Below, piece by piece: positions 10,020 through 18,724 of a DNA stretch of 64,000 nt. The DNA is taken from the NCBI GenBank assembly GCA_946965045.2, contig OX337238.1, positions 868,001-932,000 of the forward strand, given 5' to 3'. The stretch is from Epithemia pelagica (lineage: Eukaryota > Protista > Bacillariophyta). The notes below the pieces were generated by a model, which saw nothing but the letters and a program-made list of their open reading frames with translations, was not told where the DNA came from and ran no database searches. The position numbers were made by a program, and so were the translations under genes. The first letter of the stretch is position 1. Every line of letters starts with the position of its first letter.

Positions 10020-10893
10020 ATGCGCCAGACTCGTAGTGCTACCAAACGAGCTGAATCTGCGAAGGAGCAGGATTCCGCCGCAGCTCCTTCCAGCAAAACC
10101 GCATTTCCCTCCGACAAGGGAAACGGCAAGAAAATGCCTTCAAAGAAGTCTGTGGAGAACAAAAAGGCGAAGAAGAAGAAGACGATGACGACGAAGTCTC
10201 CTGCTTTGACCAAGAGGCAAGTCACGTTCAACCTTGAGGATGCTTCGTTGTGGAAAGAGCGCGCCAAACAGTGGCAACTCACCATTGGGGATGAAGATGG
10301 TATCCCAGTGTTCTTCGTCAGCAACAAGGACGTCGAACGCGCTAACCTGTCGGATATCGCGGCAGAGCTCCTTGCGATCGAGGCTGTCGGCAAAGAAGGT
10401 AAGTTTGATTGTTCATTGTTGGCTTTGAGTCTCCCTTTCTCACGATGCGCACTCTGCTGCCACAGACACCAAGCCCAACAGCAAGCCCGACAACAAGCCC
10501 GAGAAGGAGATCAAGAAGGAGGACAACATCGAGAACAAGACTCCAGAGTCTTATGTGACCCCGAAGAAAGTAGCTTCTTCCCCAAAGGTGGAGTCCCGAG
10601 CTTTTGCTTTGACCCCCTCCCAGAAGCATGCCTTCCAACGTCAGATTGCAGAAGAACAGGTGAAGGAAAGTGGAGCGACAGACCCTCGCAAGATTTTGAA
10701 TGAATCGCTGGCAGTTGGAGAAAACATCCCCTCCTCACCTCCGTTGTTCTTTAACAATCCATCCCGTGCTTACCGGACATCCATTGATTTGTATGCCGAT
10801 GATGGATTTCTCGAAACCCAAGAAGACTTCATCGGTACGCAGCACAACAGTTTCGGCCCCGAGTACTTGGATCATGAGGACAAGGCGTACTAG
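10020..10893 (+). CDS. Transposon cargo ORF B, spliced hypothetical protein (~268 aa; exons 10020-10398, 10466-10893), Lys-rich
   Basis: A 67-bp GTAAGT...CACAG intron joins ORF 9936-10703 to ORF 10555-10893 in frame (KE-D-TKPNSK). Contains polybasic KKAKKKK. Confidence 0.65.
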
Positions 10894-11419
10894 ATATCTA
10901 CTGATGGACGTTTTAGGTATCCTTAATCACTAAATATGAATCGATTTGTCATCATGGTACTTGTAGTGCTTCTACAGTCGTTCTTGTTGTGATTATCATT
11001 ATTGTCGTCGTCCAAGTCCTCGTCATTGTCGTGGCTATCATTGTCGTCGTTGTATTGTAGTCGTCCTTGTTGTAGCTATCATCGCTCATCCCGTTTGTCC
11101 TCTTCATCATCGTTATGGTCGTGATTGTCATGGTCATCATCATCGTCATCGTCGTCATCCAGCTTCCCAGTGTCGGTAGTTGGGTCCCGGTTTGCGGGCG
11201 CGTCTCGTATGGATGTACGAGGGAGTTCGTGATTGGTCCCAGACGAGCTATGATTCTTATCTCATATTTTGCGTTTTCGACACTTCATGGAAACAAACAC
11301 GACAATGTACTAAAGTATAATATGAAGGAATAAACTAATAAATCTTAATGTCATACTGCAACTCAACGTACCATGGTATTCTTTTTCAACAATAACACAC
11401 TTTCACCACGAGGAAAGAT

Positions 11420-14266
11420 CTAAGTTTGATCGGCTTCTTTGCTCGCGATCTTCTTACCAGGTTTATAATTCGCGGCCACAAGCACCTTACGAGGATTGTC
11501 ACTTAGGACGCAAACACGCTTGTCCCCGACCCAAAGCTTAACCCCAACGAGCCCACTTCGGCAAACACCAGGGATGTCTTTGTCATGGAAGTAGTAGTCG
11601 GAAAGCCTGCTTTCTCCAGAAGGAAGGTTGTAGGTGTTCTTTGGCATGGGATCGTGAACGGTCCCATCTTTTCCTTGGTACACGTAGAAATGTGCACGTG
11701 GATTCCCCATCTCCCCAGTCTTAAAGCCACCAGCATGGACAGTATCTCCTCGAACGAGGAGAAACGTGCCATATGGGATATGTACCACTTTACCCAGCTC
11801 GTTCATATAATCCTTGTGCTTCTCACCGCGGAAACTCCACAATTCAACGGACATACCCTCCTCCGCCAGGGGCATGAAAACAATAAAAGGCATGCGTTCC
11901 CGGAGTGGCAGATCTGCATTTGCTCTCCGAGTCTTTTTGATTGGTTGCTTCCCGGAGGGCGTTTTGGGACCTTCGGACATGTTCCCTGTTACGCTCTGGA
12001 ACAAGAAGTCGATGTGAGGTTCTTGAACTTTTGCCTCTGTGGTCTTCATGAACGAAAGGTGAATGTTGATTTGGTCCGCAAATGAATCATCTTTTGCGTA
12101 GTTCATCCCATAGAGAGCTGAGGCAAGCAACTGCTTGAAATTGGCCGTGACCTTTGCAGCATGTTCGGGGTTAACGTGGCCGAAGTACCGAATGTTGGAC
12201 ACCATTCCCTCATGTTCCATCATTGCCATCAACAAATTTGGTGTGTAGTCTTGAACAGATTTGAAAAATTTGCCCTTTCCTTTCTGGTCCAAGCCTGTGC
12301 TGTACCACGCATTCTCCAACATTTCGAGGAGATCTGGCGGAGTTGTCAAAAAATATCCTCGATACATTTTGTTTTCAATATCGTACAGCCATTTGAAATA
12401 CTTCGAGCGCAATTCTCTATGTAACAACTTCATTTTCTCGAAACGCTCATTCTCCTTCGCTTTCGCATCGATCGCTTCCATCTCCTCAAAAATACTATCC
12501 GTGTCATCTTCTGCCATTACCACTGGTACGAACATTCCAGTACTAGGGCTGGGATTGGCTTGAGTGGCGGGTTGAGCTTGTGCTGCAGGTAGGACGGGAC
12601 TGCTGGGAAGGAGCTCGGGTTGAGCTTGTGCTGCAGGTGGGATGGGATTGCTCGGAAGGAGGTGGGGTGAGCCTTCGACCGGCTGGGTCGTGCGTTGTTG
12701 TTGCTGCTGATGATGGAGCGATGAAGGTAGAGTCCCCCCGTAACCTCCATAGTTGGGTTGATTGTAGGACGGAGGATGTCCATGGTACTGCGGCGGAGGA
12801 TGACTCGTCGGAGGATGAGGATAATGCGGCGGAGGATAAGGATAATGCGGCGGAGGATGATGATTGTACTGCGGTGGAGGGTAATTGTACTGCGGCGGAG
12901 GGTAATTGTACTGCGGCGGAGGATGGTGATAATATTGCGGAGGATAATGCGGCGGCAGCTGAGGGGGCGAATTGTAGTGCTCAGAAACGTATTGCGGAGG
13001 AGGCGGAGAAGGAGGACGAGCAACAGTAGCAACTGGACGGAAAACAGTAGAAGGAGAAGTAAAGACAGGCTTCTTTGTCTTTTTCCCGTCGTCTTCATTT
13101 TCATCATTGGGTCGACTGCGTTTCTTTCCCTCGTCTTCGTCGTCACCTTTCGTCGACGTTTGGATGACCTGTTCGGAGGACGTCGGCGATTCGTCCGTAA
13201 GGTTATAAAACAAAGACAGCTCGTCGCCCGGCTCAATATTTTTGATTGCCTTAACTAGAAGATTTGGCATGATTCTCACGTTGTAACCGTCGTCCGATTC
13301 ATCCGGTGGATTGTCTGTACCGTACAGATGGTGTTGGTGGTCGTTGATTAAGTGCAGCGCCATGCCGAAGTGATCGTCGTTGTCTGCTTGAAGCCTTCGA
13401 TTGTCACGTCCGAACTGAATCGCGTACTCGTTGGGTACAACTGTCCGAGACGTGACGTCGTTTCCTGTGTACGCGCCAATCACTTCACCATCGTTGATTG
13501 TCCGAACTGCAAAGACGCCAAACCCGGCGCCTGGGAGTTTTGACTCCTTCACCTCAAACAGAAGCACTTTTCCAAGGTAGATTTTGACTACCGGATTGTT
13601 CGCCAATGTGTAACCGACATGCTTGCCGATCGGGAAGGTATTTTTTCTGTTCTTCTGCACAGGGAGACCCATTCCACTCGAAAGTGGCACAATCTTCCCC
13701 TTTTGCAAGCCTGAACCGGGCTTCCGAATTGGAGCTTCTTGGACCGTAAAAGTGGCCAAAATCTTCCGTGAGACATACTCTCCCATAGCACAGGCAAGTA
13801 CAGCACTGTCTTTGATCTTGGAGAGCGTCTTGAGGCCTTCGGTGAAAGTCCTGATTGGATCCCGTCCAGAACGAGAAGGGAGTTTCTCCACTTCCTCGAC
13901 GCCTTTCTTGTAGTCCGCTGTGCGCGTATCGGTGAGGAGCTGCCGCATTTGAGTGTCCGAATACTGTTTGCTGTGGTCCTTCTCTGGATGGCCACGCCGA
14001 ATATCTGCAAGCTTTTTATCCTTCACTTGGGCAAAGTCTTGATCCGAAAGAAACCGATGGTGCTTTGTTGTTGTCGCTTCGTCTGTTGCTGCTGCTTCGG
14101 GCGCTGCGGCTGCTGCTACTTCGGGCGCCGCTGTTACTGCCGCTGACGGCCCTTCCGCTGCATCTATTGCAAGTAGAAGAGCGTTAAGATTTCCTTGGTC
14201 ACTCATGCTGTCTCGTTTTTGAGCACCCGCTTTTGAAGGCTGTTTCTTTGGGCTTGGTTTCCCCAT
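11420..14266 (-). CDS. Transposon cargo: SET-domain + Pro/Tyr/Gln-rich linker + 2OG-Fe(II) dioxygenase-like (PhyH-like) fusion protein, ~948 aa
   Basis: SET motifs GAGFGVFA, IGAYTG, LHLIND, IEPGDELSLFY (~13200-13560). Dioxygenase-type ligands EPHID (HxD, ~12010-12025), GDTVHAG (distal His, ~11730) and NPRAHFY (~11690). The open frame extends upstream to 14335. Confidence 0.8.
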   Translation of the reverse strand: MGKPSPKKQPSKAGAQKRDSMSDQGNLNALLLAIDAAEGPSAAVTAAPEVAAAAAPEAAATDEATTTKHHRFLSDQDFAQVKDKKLADIRRGHPEKDHSKQYSDTQMRQLLTDTRTADYKKGVEEVEKLPSRSGRDPIRTFTEGLKTLSKIKDSAVLACAMGEYVSRKILATFTVQEAPIRKPGSGLQKGKIVPLSSGMGLPVQKNRKNTFPIGKHVGYTLANNPVVKIYLGKVLLFEVKESKLPGAGFGVFAVRTINDGEVIGAYTGNDVTSRTVVPNEYAIQFGRDNRRLQADNDDHFGMALHLINDHQHHLYGTDNPPDESDDGYNVRIMPNLLVKAIKNIEPGDELSLFYNLTDESPTSSEQVIQTSTKGDDEDEGKKRSRPNDENEDDGKKTKKPVFTSPSTVFRPVATVARPPSPPPPQYVSEHYNSPPQLPPHYPPQYYHHPPPQYNYPPPQYNYPPPQYNHHPPPHYPYPPPHYPHPPTSHPPPQYHGHPPSYNQPNYGGYGGTLPSSLHHQQQQQRTTQPVEGSPHLLPSNPIPPAAQAQPELLPSSPVLPAAQAQPATQANPSPSTGMFVPVVMAEDDTDSIFEEMEAIDAKAKENERFEKMKLLHRELRSKYFKWLYDIENKMYRGYFLTTPPDLLEMLENAWYSTGLDQKGKGKFFKSVQDYTPNLLMAMMEHEGMVSNIRYFGHVNPEHAAKVTANFKQLLASALYGMNYAKDDSFADQINIHLSFMKTTEAKVQEPHIDFLFQSVTGNMSEGPKTPSGKQPIKKTRRANADLPLRERMPFIVFMPLAEEGMSVELWSFRGEKHKDYMNELGKVVHIPYGTFLLVRGDTVHAGGFKTGEMGNPRAHFYVYQGKDGTVHDPMPKNTYNLPSGESRLSDYYFHDKDIPGVCRSGLVGVKLWVGDKRVCVLSDNPRKVLVAANYKPGKKIASKEADQT

Positions 14267-14675
14267 GGTCGAAACGCAAAACTCAAAACACGAAACACAA
14301 GAAACACGAAACGCAGCACTCTCCTCAGCCCACATACCAAAAACAAAATCTTGAGCTCACAAACTAAAAAACGGGAAAGTTTTTGGTATTTGGGCTGAGT
14401 TACTTAAGGAGTTTTGCGATACGTGCGCGCTTTTGGAGAGGGGGGCGTGTTTTCGCGCAAGGTGTGCTCCGAAAATCGTCCATTCTTCTCGGTTGCGCAC
14501 ATTTTCGATCTATTTACAAACTGAGAATCGAACACGCAACACGAGCACACGAGCACACAACACGGAAGTGATCATTGATACCACTAACTGACAAGGATTA
14601 CATTCAATATAATGGATTAATCGCATGAATAGTTCAGTAACATGTATATAGATGATAAATAGAGATTATTGTAGA

Positions 14676-17600
14676 TCAGGTCTCTTCTGCACCTGATCCT
14701 TGCGTTTCTCTCCAGAGACGTGAGATGAAGCCATGGTCTTGGTCGAGGGCGGATCGGTGACACTTGATTGCTTTTGTCATCTTTTCAATTTCGTCATACG
14801 AGAGGCCCGCAGTTGAATAGTCTCTGTTGGTGGGATTTTGGTCGTACAACAAGTACGCGAGCATATAGCGACGTGCCTTTCCTGACATTTTCCGCACGAT
14901 TTCAGGTGTCGTCTTCTTCAGGCTCGCTGTCAAACATTGCAAAAAGGCAGCTTTGTCTTTCTTCTCCTTCAGTGAGAAAGCGCGAAAGACATTTTTTGAG
15001 TAACCCCAGCAATACTCAATCCCCTCACCAGCCATCTCGCAATGATACTTGGTCGATACCAGAATCTCGATCTTGCAACGATGTCGCTCAGACAAGTCTT
15101 CCGCCAACTTCTCCATTGCAGATTTTTCATTTTTAAAATCAGAGCATTCGCTCATCAGCCGAACCAGAGAGTACTTTTTGTAATCCGCCTGACAGGCTTC
15201 TTTCACAGTCTTCCTATCCTGTTCCAACCATGCATCTCTGGTTGTCTTGACGTACTTGATCATGTTTTCAGGGTCAATCCACCCCCTCTCCCATAAAACT
15301 TGAAACAGTCCTTTTGCAGCATTCATCCAGCCTTCGTCGACCATATCATCTTCAATCGTTGTTGCAATGTTGGAGCGTTTACAAAGGTCCTGTAGTTCAC
15401 TAGTATTTTTCGATTGAAACGAACGTTGCATTCCAGGTCCCATGACCTGGACAAGTTTTGCCATGAGCTCCTTCTTTGTGAGGTTGCGAATCTTCGTTGT
15501 ACCAGTTCGGTATGTATTCTTCGATGCAACACGCTGTGCGTCATTGAGACGACGTCCTTTTTTAGCAACTGGACCACGATCGTTCTCCTGATAGACAAGG
15601 TGTTGCACGTCACCAACTCGTAGTTTGTCGTCATGGTTGTACGGGCCAAGGCAACTTTCATCCAGGATTTTCGTGTCACGCATGCTGGGAACAGCTCCTC
15701 CCCAGTTGTTGTTCATATTCAGAGCATTCAACCCATCAGATCGATGTTTTCCATGACCACTGCTTTGGTCGAACAAAAAGACAAAGTCATGCGCGGGGAA
15801 CATGACCACGAGGCAATCGACAATGTCCTCCAACTGCAAGGCCATGTGGTCGTAGCACCAATATCCCTCTTTGTCTGCTCCGTAATCAAAAAAGCGAGTG
15901 AAGGGTTTTGCGTTGGTAATTGGAGTCTTGGCAGTGTGGCCATTGAGGCGCATTGCAACCTCCGTAGAGATGTATGTGTTGTGTGTTGGACGTAGATGGA
16001 GTTCATTGATCTGAAATAGCTGCGCATCAAGCAATGGGTTTTCGTCCATAAGGATGCCCCATGATCGGCTAACAAATGCGCTGATCATCATCCCATGTCC
16101 ATCATCCTTTGGCAACATTTTTGTTGCACCGTCTTTAGTGTACCACGCCTTGGACGAGAACGAAAACTGCTTGTAGATCGATTCGTCTTGTCCGATAAGG
16201 ATCACGGGCTTGCGGTCCGAAGGGAACCTGTGTGACAAGTTCCCATTGTGAATTTTGTTTTGGGGCTTGATGTACCGTTCAAATTCGCTGGGGAAGGCAT
16301 CGATATGGTACTCCCGCATCTAAGTGCCTGTTGTTGCGTCAGTGTATTCAAATACGAAGCTGTCTGGTAGGAGCTTCTCGTTGCCAGCATCCCCTTCGTT
16401 TTCAAGTTTGATTGCCTCCTCGACAGGGAGTTGCACCCACCGATATGAGAGCTCTTCCCACTTAAAGTACCTCTTGACAAAATCAGCTCTGTGGGCGACA
16501 TTCTCAGCGCTTTCGTGTCGATCGGTGAAGTATGTTTTCGTGTGTTCCTTGAACACCAACCCTGCAGCGGCAATGCAGCGCCATGCTGTGCTATGGGAAA
16601 TGGTCGACAGCTTCAACGAGGCCAGGAAATCTTCGTTCGACAATGGCCTTGCGTTGTTATCGATGCACTCTTGTGTGACCATGGCATACATTTCTGGAAT
16701 CAAGGTGTTCTTCAGGTACACGAGAGCGGACTCTGTTGTTAGAGTGCTCAGATTTTCCTTTGCCCAGCATTCAAACTTTTCCTTCGCTTCAGGCAAGTGA
16801 ACAAAAATGTAGGGCGATGCCTCTTTTCCAATTTGAACTTGATAGTTTGGATGAGGGAAACAGTCGAAAGCCCGATAGTACCTGTGCCAACGAGCAACGG
16901 TGTGCGGGTGTCTTTTTACTGATGCACCATAAACTGCTTCCATTTTTTTAACGGCTTCCTCTATACAATCTAACCACCGGTGACCATATGGCATGTCCGC
17001 CAATGCTATCTTATAGGAGAGGTGCAAGTACGTCACCTTCAGCTGTACCCTGCTTGTCTGTTCGTGGTTAAGTGGGAAGGCATCTGCATTGTTAACCACC
17101 TTCTGCATTGTTTCCAAGCTGAAAGGGGCCTTCCCAAGGATGTCTATCCATCGTTCAAGGTTTCTTTTTACTGATCCTGGAGAATTTTTCTTGCCAGCAA
17201 AGAGTCCAGACATCCTTCCGGAATTAAAAAACGCTTCCTCGTCTACGTTCTGGTACTGTGCTAGACTTCCGCTCGGCTCATCCTCCAAAGCTGTAAAACC
17301 AATACACAAACTCCGTGAATGAACAACATTGACTTTGTTTGTGCCCAATTCGGCAGGTTGGATTGCTGCAACATGTACCTGATTTGTGTTGTTGTGTGAT
17401 GGCGACATTTCCATTGCGGTGGTGCTGTCGACGATTTGCAGTGCTGGCTGTTCATGCTGCTGCGTTGAAGTGTTCTTGATTGCTGGTGGAGTTGAAGTGT
17501 TTCTTGCTTGCTTGGATGTATTTAGCGTGCCTTCACGCAACCCTGGTGACTCTTCGTTCCTTCGCTTCGTTGGCTTCGCTCGTCCCGACCGCCGAATCAC

Positions 17601-18029
17601 ATTCTTGGCTGCAGCCTCCAGCCATTCTTGATGATCGTCCAACATCACTGGCAGGGTTGTTGTGTCTTTAGAGATGTAATAGAATGTGAAGCGTTCCCTT
17701 TTGATCGTATCTCTATAGCGGTAGAAGCCATACTTGTTTGGCTTTTCAACATCATCGAAACACATTGCAATGCTTTTTTCTCTTCGGAAAGCACGGTTCA
17801 TTTCCAGCACAGACAATCCTGGCAACCAAGTGTTCATATATCCTACAAGCTCGACATCTCGGAACCACTTGTTGCAGAATCCAAACACGGTGGGTGAGCA
17901 CTGCTTCCGAAACAGTTCAACAATCTCGTTCCCAGAAAAACTTCGTTCCATCCGAGACTGTGCTGCGTGAGGTGAGTCCGATGATCGTGTCATTGTGGAT
18001 GATGTCGATGCGTTGAACTGTTGCCCCAT
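14676..18029 (-). pseudogene. IS630/Tc1/mariner-like DDE transposase (~1117 codons) split by one in-frame TAG at 16320-16322
   Basis: ORFs 16320-18029 and 14676-16319 are in the same frame (ACT TAG ATG). HTH-like ISHSTAWRCIAAAG and YFTDRHES; catalytic GQDESIY, FLFDQSSGH and KYHCEMAGEGIEYCWG. Confidence 0.85.
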
Positions 18030-18280
18030 TGGGGGTGGTTCAAGTAAACCCTAAAGCATCCGGATGCAGCTCGGCAACAGTTCAACGGGTCTGGGAGGCC
18101 CTCCACCATGGTCGTTAGACAACAAGCGTTTTTTCATCATTTTGGACGGAATTCCAGCGTTCGGAAGCTGTCACGCAACACACTAAAACAAATAAAATAT
18201 TATCCTAAGACTCTGGGAAGTCGCCGGTCGGACACTTTCATTCACTAGTAATGAGAACGCTAGCGAGGATTATTTTTCTG

Positions 18281-18333
18281 GTACAAATTCTACAGGGGTC
18301 TACGTCGTTGATGTACACTCTGAACTCAGCTTG
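18281..18333 (-). repeat. Right terminal inverted repeat
   Basis: Reverse complement of 271-323 in three conserved blocks, followed by TA at 18334-18335. Confidence 0.88.
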
Positions 18334-18335
18334 TA

Positions 18336-18724
18336 GTGCCACCACAAGGAAAGCACGGATCTCGTCCATTCAGTCTAACAAGAATGGCGGCAATGGAAAC
18401 AAACGTAATAACGGGTACCAGACTCCAACCAAAGGATTTGACCCCAATAAATATTACCCGTTCAGAAAGTGGATTAAATTATCCAAAGAACAGCAGCAAA
18501 TGGTCCGAGAAGCAAGGGACGCTGCCAACAGCAGTACGAAGAAGAGGTCTGCTGCGGCCATTCATATAAACAATAAGAACAAGAGGAAAGGCCATGATAG
18601 TAGTGGTACTTCCACTACCGACGACAGTTCTGAGACGACAGGTGACTCCAATGACCAGAATGAGAAAGAACTAGGCGTTGGTGCGATCATGAGCCAAAGG
18701 AAGAAAGGAAAGAGGGACATCTGA
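18336..18724 (+). pseudogene. gag: Outer copia gag, 3' portion
   Basis: Continues the 3-270 frame after removal of the DNA transposon. Ends at TGA 18722-18724, in frame with pol. Confidence 0.8.

Larger units (their letters stand above)
271..18333 (-). mobile_element. Giant IS630/Tc1/mariner-like DNA transposon with cargo genes (18,063 bp; ~9.67 kb without the nested LTR element)
   Basis: Inverted termini CAAGCTGAGTTCA (271-283) / TGAACTCAGCTTG (18321-18333) are flanked by TA on both sides. Excision restores the interrupted gag frame. An internal DDE transposase is present. Confidence 0.9.

Noticed and set aside
10940-11165. GAT/GAC-rich tract suggesting an acidic protein
   Set aside because: Frames are broken by stops and shifts. 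Best treated as low-complexity DNA between convergent genes.
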